A stretch of DNA of 64,000 nucleotides, the filler included, from Circinaria calcarea (lineage: Eukaryota): assembly GCA_051942165.1 (NCBI GenBank). It is 7 parts of 7 records of this genome, joined end to end, with 100 filler letters (N's around TTAATTAATTAA, not from the genome) between each part and the next. Parts side by side here need not be neighbours in the genome. Positions count along the whole stretch, not along the records: positions 45,840 to 54,899 come from JAVECS010000993.1; positions 55,000 to 64,000 come from JAVECS010001005.1; 5 more parts are not named here. The stretch is one strand, 5' to 3'. The notes below the pieces were generated by a model. That model worked only from the letters and a program-made list of their open reading frames with translations, ran no database searches and was not told the origin of the DNA. The position numbers were made by a program, and so were the translations under genes. This document shows positions 48,467-60,280 of the stretch, in pieces. Each line of letters begins with the position of its first letter. The first letter of the stretch is position 1.

Positions 48467-50099
48467 CTAGCGTTCTGATTTATACAATATTTTCACCTCT
48501 ATCATTTCGCTCGCCGGCTTATTGGAGGTGGCGTATAATGCATTATATTCTATAAATGGATCTGTATCATTCGCAAAGTTTAAACCAAATATTTCTTTCT
48601 CCTCCGCCAAGAGTATCCTAATCCTCTCGAATTTCTTTTCTCTTGAGTGGTATAAGAGACTCCGGAGATTTTTTGTGACCACTTCAGCCGACGTCCTTTG
48701 TACACGAAGAAAGGTTCGAAGGAAGATATATCCTCCAATATGTCTTTGAGATGCACAGGGTATTGCACCTCTAACCATGTTTCCGCCGCTTCCAGCACGG
48801 TTTGCTCGGGTTTAAGCCAAAAGTAATAGGCCTTTGGCTCATAAAGCATTCTCACCTCTACCATTTCACTTACCGGCTTGTTGGAAGCGGCGTATAAAGA
48901 ATTGGATTCGGTAAGGGGATCGGTGTTATTTGTAAAGTGTGAATCGAACCTTCGTTTTTCCTCCGCGAAGAGTATCTTAATCTTTCCGAATCCTACTTTT
49001 CTTGGGTGGTATAAGGTACTTCATAAATTTTTCTCTGACCACTTCAGTCGACGTCCTTTGTACACGAAGAAAGGCTCGAAGGAAGATATATCCTCCAATA
49101 CGTCTTTGAGATGCACAGGGTATAGCACCCTCAGCCATGCTTCCGCCGCTTCCAGCATGGTTTGCTCGGGCTCGAGCCAAAAGTAATAGGCCTCTGGCTC
49201 ATAGAGCATTCTTACCTCTATCATTTCACTTGCTGGCTTGTTAAAAGCGACGTATAAAATATTAGATTAGGTGAGGGGATCAGGGTTATTCGCAAATTGC
49301 GAACTAAACGGTCGCCTTTCTTCCGTAAAATACCCTGATCCGTTCGTATCTTGTTTTTTTAAATAATAAAAGGGACTACCGGATGCTCGAGGATATATTA
49401 ATTGTTTTATCCAATCTTCATCACGTCCGACCTCCTCTGCTTGTAGTCTCCACAGATTTTATGTCTTTGAGATGCACAGGGTTATTGCACCCTCAACCAT
49501 GTTTCCGCCGCTTCCAGCATGGTTTGCTCGAGGTCGAGCCAAAAGTAGTAGGCTTCTGGCTCATAGAGCATTCTTACCTCTATCATTTCACTTGCTGGCT
49601 TATTAGAAGCGACGTATAAAGTATTGGATTGGGTGGGAGAATCGGGGTTATTCGCAAATTGCGAACTGAACGTTCGTCGTTCCTCCGCAAAGAGTGCCCT
49701 GATCCGCTCGTATCTTTCCTCTTTTCGGTCGCGGGAAGGACTGCCGGATGCTCGAGGATGTAGTAGTCGTTCCATATAATCTTCATCATGTCCGACCAGC
49801 TCTCCCCGTAGTCTCCACAGAAAATCGTGCTCTTCTTCCTCTTCCATAAGCTCTCGAATTCGCGCCGCTCTTTGCCTGAGTTTCAGGCTCATGGTCGTCT
49901 TCTTCTTGTCTCGTGACTGTAGGTCTTGGTGTCGTAGTTGTCCCCGGCACATTGGACAACTCGGGCGGTCTCTGTTTTCAGTGACCCAATCGAATATACA
50001 GTCCGAATGATACCACGCGGGTGACAATAAATCTAAAGTAATTTTCCAAGCCGTTTTATGCTTTCTATGTACGCACTTTGTTTGATTTCCCCGGCTCAT
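48467..50099 (-). pseudogene. RING-finger gene with a decayed ~360-bp tandemly repeated C-terminal module
   Basis: YHSDCIFDW...SCPMCR (second half of a RING), then about 3.5 copies of a module with stops and frameshifts. Confidence 0.65.
48470..49820. repeat. ~360-bp degenerate tandem repeat, ~3.5 copies
   Basis: GAGATGCACAGGG recurs at 48748, 49108 and 49469. ACCTCTAYCATTTC recurs four times at the same period. Confidence 0.92.
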
Positions 50100-52335
50100 G
50101 CCCGCTATTACCGTCTTGAATCAGAACGGAGTCCTGTTTTGCTTGCAACCATGGCTTTAAAATAGGTTTAGAATCTGACTAGTGTACACCTGCTGTGACA
50201 TGTTTCCATTCGTATTCGAGGTTATTTTATAGAAGTAAATAGGCGACTTGAAATTGCAATTACCTGCAGCCCAGTAATGAAATTATTTTGGGTTTTTCCA
50301 TGTCAGGATCATTACTATGCTGTATACAGTCGCCGTAGTATCGTTGGCCTGGCTTTCGAGTGGCCCGGAGCTTGCCCTGAGAGTCTCATCTGAAGTAGAT
50401 TTCGTCGGTGAACTGCACGCGCTTCCGCTCCCTTGGGTGTTGGTCCCTTGGGTGTTGGTGGCTACGTAGCATTCGTTGGGTGTATTAGAGGCGTCGTTGC
50501 GCTGTTTTCGAGTCCACCTACCTCTTTTGAGGAGTATTATGTTTAGTAGTAGTAAAATGCGCCTATTGTACGCTGAGTTGTTCGTCCAGAGACCTCGTGA
50601 GTAGTTTTGAAGCCTAATTATTTCCATACCAAAACTCGACCTTCTAGTCCTTCTGTCTTTAAACTATGCTCTATTTTCCCGAAGCTGTTCTGGGGAAATG
50701 AGCGATTTCCGGCCCCGAGTTTCACGTTTCTCCAGATCATTGTGGAGACGTCAAGTAGAACCAGAGAGAGACTGTCAGCCTTGATGATACTTGACATTGA
50801 AAACACGAAAGACGTTTTCTTTGAAGTATGGAATACCCATAGCCACGCAAAATTCAATGGCGCCTTGAACTTTGGCTTACTAGGAGTCTTATAGTGGGCT
50901 TAAGAAGGACTATTGACGACAGGAGTAGTCGCTCCATTCATTATACAATTAACAACAGTTCCCCGATATTTCATATATAAGTTGTGTGGTGTAGAGCAGA
51001 GAAATGTCGAGGTGAAATGTGGGAGCTGGTGCGGGGTTTGGTGGGGGTCGGATCGATTCACTGCTATCCGGCATCCGTTATCGGTCGATTTTACTGTGGT
51101 CACAGCCATAACAGATGTTAGCGTGGTTGTCTTGCAATAATCATAGAAGGCCCAAACAACAGTTTGATTTCATAGAGGAAGACGGAATATATACCGGAGG
51201 ATGCCCTCCATATTAAACCTCTTTTTTTTTTTAAACAGAATCTATACAGCCTCTGCCGAGTATACCGGAGTTGGTCGAAACCCGCGCTAACATCTGTAGA
51301 CACAAGGCGTAGGTGTTTTCTTTCCGCGGGGCCAGCTGGTAGTAAATCATGCATAAATTTACCATCATAAACCGCTGCGATGTGAAAGGAAAGCGCGTGT
51401 GCGCGCAAAAGGCTCCAGGCGGGGAATACTGCCGTATGGGCAAGATTGGGTTCAAATCCCATTAGCACTGCCTTTGGGTGGCCTGATGGTTTCCCCCTCC
51501 TGTTTTCCAACACCATTCCAATACTGTGTGATACATCGGGTGGGTTGGAGGCGGCCTTGGCCCTCCTATCGAAAGTATGATCCCGACGAAACCTTTCTCG
51601 GCTTCCCTTGCAGCTTTGGGCGTTCAGAGTGAAGAAGAAGAAGAAGACGCGATGGGTGCTTGGAGCCGATGGAATTGGGGTAATTTGCAGTTTTACCGGT
51701 AGGCACTATTGACCCTTCCCGTTGCGGCTTAGCTCTCGATACCGCATCCCACTTTCCATGTGTACCCAACAGCCACAAACGTCGAATACGGCAAGGGGCT
51801 TATATTGGGGGCTGTTATTGGGGCTGTATTGGAGTGGCATGGAGGCGGCATGGACGAGAGGATTGAAGAAGCCGACTGGCCCTGGATGAGTGAGAAAACG
51901 GTTGTACACAGAGAGAAACACATGGCTGTGCAGCGATAACGAGGAAGAACCACCAGCATCTCGTCGCCCTTGCGCCTCTTCTTCTTCTTCTCCTTCTTAC
52001 CATCGCACACATACAGCCAGCAGCCTCAATGCGCAGCCAACTGTAGTCTCTCTTTTAGTCTGCCTCTCCTTCTCTTCGGTCAGCCGATAACATCCTCAGG
52101 CTGTATGTGTATCTCTCTTCAGTCAGGCAAGGACCTTGCCGTTCACAACTCTAACGTCCATACAGACCAATAATAATCTTAATCATAATAATAGTCGAGC
52201 GGTAACATCAAAGCTCATCCGACAAATCACGCACCCAAGGTCATTCCGGTCAACTCCCCGTCAAGACGCAGCTCCCCGCCGATCCTTTCCCACTCGATTG
52301 GCAATGCTCGAGTTTCCATCCCGAGCCTATCAGCG

Positions 52336-53607
52336 ATGAGTCCGCTACCCGACTCTGGCATCCTGAGCCCGACATGTCTCCATCCAGGGGAGACGACGAG
52401 CAAGTGGGGAAGCAAATCGTCCAAGGTCGAACATGTCGTTGCAGATTCATCATCGCACGAGATCAAACCACGGCCGGGTCGGCGCCGGGGAACAACGCCC
52501 GTACTGGCGCAAATCCTCCTCTCCGCCATCATCCTCCTAACAACGATATGTGCGACGTCGGAAGCAAAGGTTCAATACCACAGGAATTCCGAGTTTGCGC
52601 GGTATGCGAGAAGAGGAGAGATACTGGTTGAGCGACGGCCCGAACCACCACGGGCGGATGGGAGATTATATGCTCGACAGGGTGGGGATCCATTCGACGT
52701 GTCTTCGGCGACGGCTTCCTCTACCAAGGCGAGATCAGCTGCCTCCGTCTCAACCTCTGCCTCGACGTCGCTATTGGCTTCCATTACTCCCCCAGTCAGC
52801 TCCAGTACGGCCGACTCCTCGCAAACTGCCTCCTCCCTACCTTCCACCTCCACTTCCGTTACAGTTACCAACTCAGCCCTTCCACGCCCTTTCGACACCA
52901 GCCTCGGCAGCAACTTCACCGTGTCTAGCTGCCCCTCCTTTTTCAGAACCTTCCTCGCCAATACGACATTCACATCATGCCTCCCGTTTTCTCTCCTGCT
53001 TCAGAACAGTCAATCCTTCTTCCAATCGACTCATTCCCTTGTTCTCATCACCCGAACCCTCGACGCAACATGCAACGTCAACTTCCCCATCTGTTCCTCG
53101 CTCATGTCCTCGCTCGCCACCCAAATGCGCGACAACTCAAACTGCGGAGCGGATTATACGCGCGAGAACCCCATTGTGAGACAAGCCTATGCGGGTTTTC
53201 TCTCCTACGCGTCCTTGTACCAAGCGTCCTGTCTCAAGGACGGCAAGGGAAACTACTGCTTCGCCAATGCCATTACAAATACAACCTCTCCTACCGACAG
53301 TTATGTATACTACCTACCTTTGGGCGTCAATCTTCCCGGTGGATCCAGACCGACATGTTCATCATGTCTTCAGCAGACCATGGCCGTGTTTGCAGAAACG
53401 GCAGGAAATCTATCGCAGCCGATCAGTACGGACTACGTCTCCGCTGCAACGCAGATTACTTCCGGATGCGGGCCTAATTTTGTAAATCAAACTGTCACGC
53501 CGATTCAGGGATCGGAACCATCGACTTCTGGGACCGTGTTTAGGACCGTCAATTATTTGCCGTTCCTTGTCGCGACATCTGTCGGGTTCTTGCTATTTTG
53601 GGGATAA
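52336..53607 (+). CDS. Cys-rich extracellular, probably membrane- or GPI-anchored protein with a Ser/Thr-rich stalk
   Basis: 423-aa ORF: hydrophobic segment, S/T tract, PRPFDTSLGSNFT..CPSFF..CLPFSLLL..CSSCLQQTM domain, hydrophobic C-terminus. Confidence 0.75.
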   Translation: MSPLPDSGILSPTCLHPGETTSKWGSKSSKVEHVVADSSSHEIKPRPGRRRGTTPVLAQILLSAIILLTTICATSEAKVQYHRNSEFARYARRGEILVERRPEPPRADGRLYARQGGDPFDVSSATASSTKARSAASVSTSASTSLLASITPPVSSSTADSSQTASSLPSTSTSVTVTNSALPRPFDTSLGSNFTVSSCPSFFRTFLANTTFTSCLPFSLLLQNSQSFFQSTHSLVLITRTLDATCNVNFPICSSLMSSLATQMRDNSNCGADYTRENPIVRQAYAGFLSYASLYQASCLKDGKGNYCFANAITNTTSPTDSYVYYLPLGVNLPGGSRPTCSSCLQQTMAVFAETAGNLSQPISTDYVSAATQITSGCGPNFVNQTVTPIQGSEPSTSGTVFRTVNYLPFLVATSVGFLLFWG

Positions 53608-54899
53608 AATCATCATACTTATACTCGGGATAAAAACGGCGTACTCGGAATCCCTTCACTCTACGATAATTCATGGCCTTTACTTACTTCTATCCAATCT
53701 ACATCGATTGTATTCCCACTTTTTACGGTCCTGTCTATTCTACATGTTTTGTTGTACATTTCCAGGGGTGTCTGTTGCCGCTTACGAGCGTCGGGGTCCC
53801 GAACAGACCCTTTTCTTTGACCCTTCAAAATAACGGAGGCACGGTCTCATTTATCAATTCTACATTGGGAAGGAAGGATGCTAGAATCGGGAGGGGAACG
53901 GCCGGATATCGCAGGCATATATACTGGTCGGCGTGCCAGCTGGCGTATTCGAATTTTTTATATAATTTCAAAAGAATATACTCATTTTTGTATTGAGGAG
54001 ATATTCTACCATATCTGTTCTATCTCTGCTGTTGTTTAATGGGCATACGTATTACGGAATACCCAGGTTCCCCATAACGATGTTGCCTGTGAACCTAGTC
54101 TGGACCTACCACCTATGACTAGGTAAATTTGACTTCATCGTTCATCCCTCCCATCCGGTACCAGTCCTACTTCCCCCCTCCCATCTTCGATCTCCTCTTT
54201 TTCCACCAGCGTCCCGTAAGAAAGGACACGGGCACTTGGGAAGTTTGGAAGGAAATTTGTTAGTTATCGGGGAATGGCTATGTACGCGCGGAGAATAACC
54301 ATGGACTCAGCCAAAAAATACATACCCAGCACGGAAGGCACCCCCTCCCCTCCAGCCTAGCTTTTAACATACACATAGCTCCGTTATCCATGTCCAACGG
54401 GAACTACTATATATTACATTAATAAGAACCTTTCCTAACCCAATATCCAGGGGGGGGGGCGTATATTTCCATATGCCCAACATGATGATCCTATAGGCCC
54501 TAAAACCTGCTGCTGCTATCTAGATTTTATATTACGAATATTTATTAGACTTGTGAAGATATACTCCATATCGGGTGCCGGGGGGCTCCCCCCTCCCCTC
54601 TCCTCCCCATATATATAAATAATAAATAAACCTCCTTGCAAGAAGGGTTTTGGTTAAAACACCCCTTAACTGTTTTACTATTCCCGCATCCCATAGAAAA
54701 CCCCCCATTCTAGTCGAAGAAATTGAAAAAATCCCCCTTCTGGCCGTTTACTTCCTTGCTGATTCGCTTTTCTCTTTTTTCCCCCTCTTTTCATCCCTTT
54801 TCCCCTCGAAACCCCCCAAAAAGCCCTCCACCCGAACCCGGGGATCGATTCCTCTATGGTATTCCAACCCATTCTCCAACGTGTCTGAGGGGGGGGAAC

Positions 54900-54999
54900 N
54901 NNNNNNNNNNNNNNNNNNNNNNNNNNNNNNNNNNNNNNNNNNNTTAATTAATTAANNNNNNNNNNNNNNNNNNNNNNNNNNNNNNNNNNNNNNNNNNNN
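54900..54999. other. Artificial contig linker
   Basis: N-run + TTAATTAATTAA + N-run. Confidence 0.98.
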
Positions 55000-55052
55000 T
55001 ACCAGATCATGCCTATGTAGTCGAACTCCGCAGTGTTACGAGTTGTACAAAC

Positions 55053-58000
55053 ATGGACCAACAGAAGTTTGTAGGGCTCCTAGAGAACGTCCTTGCTCGT
55101 AAGTTCAAGTTCCAGGCCAAATCGCTCAGTAGGTAGCTGATCAGATTCAACAGCGGATACCGAGCGCGTCAAGCTTGCAACTGCGGAGCTACGAAAAGAA
55201 TACTACACCTCCCCAGACTCCCTTGGTCTGCTGCTGCAATTGCTCACTTCACATGAATCCCCTCAACTACGGCAGCTAGCTGCAACTCAGGCCCGCTCTT
55301 TGGTCCCAAAACACTGGCAGTCAATACCAGAAACACACAAGCCACAGATCCGAACCCACCTTCTTCAAGCTACCCTCAACGAACAGAATTCCCTGGTCAG
55401 ACATTCGGCAGCGCGTGTCATCGCTACTGTTGCCAAGATCGACGTTGAAGATGGAGAGTGGGCGGATCTTCCCACTCTTATGCAACATGCTGCGAGCAGC
55501 TCCAATGCTCAACACCGGGAGGTCAGCACCTACATCCTGTTCACAATCCTTGAGGGCATGGGCGACGGCTTCATGCACAGATTTCATGAGCTCTTCAGCT
55601 TGTTCGAGAAGACGATTCGTGACCCACAGAGTGCAGAAGTTAGAATAAACACAATGCTAGCATTAAGCAAGATGGCCATGATTATTGATTCTGATAATGA
55701 CGAAGAGTCCTTGCAATCGTTTCAGAACGTTTTCCCGCAGATGGTCAGGGTATTGAAAGAAGCTATCGACTCGGGGGATGAGGGGCGAACACTACAGGGC
55801 TTTGAAGTTTTCCAAACCCTATTGACATGCGATTCTAAACTGCTGAATAAGCATTTTGGGGATCTGGTCCAATTCATGGCTGGTATTGGTGTGGATAAGA
55901 CAGTGGACGACGACGCTCGAACGCAAGCCATTACCTTTTTGATCCAGGCAGTAACATATCGCAAACTGAAGTTCCAATCGTTAAGAATCGGGGAGCAACT
56001 CACGATGGGTATTCTGGAAATCGTGACCGAGTGCGGAAATGATGCGGATGATGAAGATGATGAGCTCACGGTGGCTGGAGCAGCGCTGGGTCTGCTCAGC
56101 GAAATGGCCTCCAATCTGCCGCCCGCTCAGACCGTGGTTCCTTTGTTACGTGTCTTCAACACCCACGCGAATAGCACAGACCCAAATAGGCGGCAAGCTG
56201 CGATTAAGGCACTGGGAACGTGCGTCGAAGGAGCACCCGATTTCATCAGCACCCAATTGAAGGAATTTTTCCCAACAGCTCTACGTTTGTTGGACGATCC
56301 AGTTTTGGGTGTCCGCGAAGCCGCTTTGAGTGGTATCCGGCTGCTAGCTGACCAGCTTGCTGGGGATATGGGTAAGGAGCATCAGAAGCTAATTCCTGCA
56401 CTGGCAAAAAACCTCGATCGTGCTATGCAGGGTTTAAGAGGACCAGATGCAAAGGTGAACCTTGGTATAGTGACAGCCAGCTGCCATGCCATTGAATCGC
56501 TGGTCGAAGGTCTAGAACCTGATGACGTGAGGCCATACCTTCCCGAACTAGTTCCTCACCTGAGCCGCCTTTTCTCATATCCTGACTTGAAGGTTAAGAG
56601 TGCAACCATAGGTGCTATTGGATCCATAGCGTTGTGTGCAAAAGAGGAATTTCTGCCTTATTTCGCAGAAACCATGACCGCGTTAGCCGAATACGTTCAG
56701 ATCAAGGATAGCACAGAGGAGTTGGATCTGCGGTGTATGGCTTGTGACACAATGGGAAATATTGCTTTAGCTGTCGGATCCGAACCATTCCAACCTTATG
56801 TTATTCCTTTAATGAATTCGACCGAGGAAGGGCTTCATCTCGGTCATTCGAGACTCAAGGAAACAAGCTTTCTATTCTGGGGTGATATAGCTAAGGTTTA
56901 TGAAGAAAGCTTCAAGCCCTTTCTCCCGGGAGTAGTGAAAGCTCTTTTTCAGAGCCTTGAACAGGAAGAGGTCAGTACGGAAGTAGAATTAGGAGAGGAG
57001 GCTGCGGACCTAGTCGGCCAAGAGGTGGTGATTGCAGGGAGGAAAGTAAAAGTTGCCGCAGCAGAAGCCGAAAATGGAGACGTCACCGACAGCATGGATG
57101 GAGTTGATGATGAGGAGGAGGAGGACGAAGATGATTGGGACGAAGTGACGGGCGTGACTGCCGTCGCACTGGAGAAAGAATGCGCTTTAGAATCCCTTGG
57201 ACTCGTGATTGCACATACTAAGGGCGAGTATCTTCCATACCTGGAGAAAAGTATTCAAATAATTCTACCTCTCGTGGAGAATGCCTATGAAGGTGTGAGA
57301 CGAGCGGCCATCAGTACTTTGTTTCGTGCGTATGCCTCGTTGTGGAACTTGCAGAATGAAAAGTCGGAGAAATGGCAGCCAGGTCTACCGTTGAAGGTTC
57401 AACCGACAGAAGACATCAGAAAGTTGGGAGAAGTCGTTATGACAGCCACCCTCGCGGTTTGGCAGGGAGAAGATGATAGGTATGTAAAGTCTCATTGAAT
57501 GATAAGTAATCCTTCGTTTCCTTCAACTCATGATGACACATATGTCGTTAATCCCAGCTCACTCAGATGTACTCTGTACAACTGACGAGAAAACGAATCT
57601 GTTCCTGACTATTGTACCTTTCCTCTCTCAAACTGTGCCATAGATTGCATCTTCAAATAGCTGACTATAGTTTGCACCATTAGGCAAACCGTTATAGACA
57701 TTCACAGTAACCTTGCCGAGACACTCAGACTCTGTGGTCCAGCGATAATTTCGGGGAGTGGTGTAATCGAGCAGATTACAAAGCTTGTCATCTCCGTAAT
57801 CACAAAGAAACATCCTTGCCAACAAGATTTTGGAGATGAGGAAGAAGAGGACGACCTACAGGAATCATCAGAATACGACTGGCTCATAATTGACACTGCC
57901 TTTGACGTGATCATGGGCATGTCGTCAGTTTTAGGGGAGCAGTTTGGACAGTTATGGAAGATCTTCGAGAAGAGCATCATGCAGTACGCAAGCAGCAGTG

Positions 58001-58682
58001 AATCCACGGAGCGATGTTCTGCTGTGGGGGCCATTTCCGAGTGTATCCGGGGAATGGGTAATGGTATAACGCCATTCACCACCGGACTCCTAAAGCTCTT
58101 GTTACATCGTCTTGGCGACGAGGATCCACAGACGAAAGCAAACGCTGCCTTTGCAATTGGACTCCTTGTTGAAAACTCAGCAAAGGACCAGGAAATTCTG
58201 AGATCTTACAATACGATACTTGGAAAATTGGAACCTTTGCTGCATGCAGGGCGGTCAAGACAGCTGGATAATGCAATCGGATGCGTAAGTCGGATGATTA
58301 AGAAGCACAAGAATAATGTCCCTCTCTCTGAGGTGCTGCCGGCGCTGGTGGACCTGCTACCCCTAAAGGATGACTACGAGGAGAACGATCCAGTGTATCA
58401 AATGATTGTCCAACTCTGTAGGTTTAATCCCAGAGTATGTTGTATGATTACGCAGGATTTGACCACTGATTATCATTTGATCTAGATTCTGCGGGTGAGC
58501 CTACTATCACAAGCCTCACTCCTCGTCTCATCCCCGTCATTGCTCAAGTTATGGGCCCTCCCGAAGAACAACTGACCGATGCAACCCGCGAGCGGCTCCT
58601 CGAACTTGTAACATTCGTTCATAGCAAGCAGCCCGCTCTGGTCAAGCAACACGCCGTCTTAATGGCCGCCCTACAATCTTAA
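55053..58682 (+). CDS. KAP123: Importin beta-4 / karyopherin Kap123 (multi-exon)
   Basis: MDQQKFVGLLE.., LRQLAATQAR, HEAT repeats, CVEGAPDFI, ESSEYDWLIIDTA, LDNAIGCVSRMI, LPLKDDYEEN. Confidence 0.9.
57530..57610 (+). ncRNA. Intronic box C/D snoRNA, snR71/U29-like (guide for LSU rRNA Am2946 in yeast numbering)
   Basis: Lies in the 204-nt intron 57480-57683. C box ATGATGA (57530), guide CCCAGCTCAC followed by a D' box CAGA, C' box TGACGA (57583), D box CTGA (57605). The guide is complementary to conserved LSU GUGAGCUGGG. Confidence 0.8.
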
Positions 58683-59229
58683 GTCGAATCCTTGCTACTT
58701 TTGCTGGTATCGCATAGCGAAGTGGGTATTTATGAATAACGTTGTACATGATCATGAGTCAGGAGGAAGTACACCGATATTAGATGTGATGATAGTGTGA
58801 ACTTTGACGGAGAATGTCTTACTGACAAGGAAGCTATTCTCTGGTGGCATATGTTCTTTGGCTAGGCCACGGCGGCATCTGATGTCCAACGCGTTTAGTA
58901 GAGGGTTCGCTATTGTGTAAATACCAAGTTGCGTTAAAAGCATTCGGAAGATCATTTGTTTTCGAAATTCATACCTGTCAATGATCGTTGGAATTGATAG
59001 CAGTTTTCATATGCCTCCTTGCAGTTGACTTGGCCCATAACCGTACCCCACTAAGCTTCTGCTTAAGCTCAGTGTGGACGATTATACAATGAATTAGTGG
59101 ATGTCATCGTTCGCGAGACTGCCGCCGAGAGACTGATCTTCAGACCCACTTAAAGTTTTGGCTTGCCCCTATTGCCAGTATGGCCTGTAAGAATCAGCTG
59201 ACGGCGATATCTCCTCTGTAACCGCATAG

Positions 59230-59912
59230 CTATCGCTTCTTTTTCCCCACGACTTTCGTGAAGCCTTCATTATCCACCTCGGGCTGTACCTTTTCCCTTG
59301 GCGCCCTGATAAACTCCAGCGCATCCGCCATCTCCGCATCGTCGGCATCTTCGCCTTCATCCATATGATCACTATCCCAGTCCGTCTCATCTTTATCCTG
59401 GCCCTCCTCCACCAGCTGGAACTCCACCGCCCTACCCCCCCTCCTCTGCCTTTCCTCCCAACTCCTTTGCATCTCATCCACTAGGGCGAAATCTCCCTGC
59501 AGCGTCAACTTCCTTAGCCCCACAATCTTGGCCGCCACCTCTTCGGCACTCCCGTCCTCCAGATTGGCGTCAAACTCATCATTCATCACATTCAGCAGGA
59601 ACTCCTCGACGTACTCGACATCGGCGTCAGGGGCCGCGGCGATGAGATCGGAGATGGCGCCGGCGAACCAGTCGCGCTTTTCGGAGGATTCGGGACCGCC
59701 CCAGGAGTTTTGGACGGCGAGGGAGAGGGCGGGCCAGGCGTGGAGGGCAAGGGCGATGGAGAGGTCGAATTTGGCTTGGATCTTTTCTGGCGCTTTTTAG
59801 TAGTTGCGTGCACGATGGGAGATTTTGGCAGCTTGTGCCTACCTGGCGTTGGAGGCAAGGCGACTCCTCCCGATGCCAATTGAGTTCCTGACGGGCGATT
59901 TACTGCGGCCAT
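59230..59912 (-). CDS. TSR2: Pre-rRNA processing / eS26 escortin Tsr2
   Basis: HAWPALSLAVQNSWGGPESSEKRDWFAGAI..VEEFLLNVMNDEFD..EDGSAEEVA; C-terminal VDNEGFTKVVGKKKR; one intron. Confidence 0.92.
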
Positions 59913-60280
59913 TTTGGTGATGGGATGGAAGGTTGTATACGGAAGTAAGGCTGAAATGGACCCTTTGCATGTCGATCGTTTCGATGACCCCCTGCGTGCA
60001 TTGCGAGCCTCCGAATAAACTCCGTACACAAATACTGGTACATGCAATAAACAGTCAGAGCGTTGCACTCTTGACAAGTCTTTTTCTTAATGGCAATGGC
60101 TGCACGCATTTTCTCTACTTTCATTCTGAGCATTTAATGGAACCGTGATCAATTTCATCTTTCTAGGGCATTTACTTTCCCTATTTGTACTCCTTGGACG
60201 AAACTGGAGGAAGGAAACGTAGTTTCTTTCCTATTGACTACACACTCTTTAGTTCGCAAATTCTGTTGGTGCTGAAAAGT

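Noticed and set aside
51446..51463. tRNA T-arm/B-box-like GGGTTCAAATCCC
   Set aside because: No matching acceptor stem, D-arm or anticodon arm found upstream.
9074..54999. Six identical TTAATTAATTAA motifs at ~9.16-kb spacing
   Set aside because: Each sits inside N-runs, and contig lengths decrease steadily (9071, 9068, 9065, 9062, 9060). These are artificial linkers, so no neighbourhood inference is valid across them.
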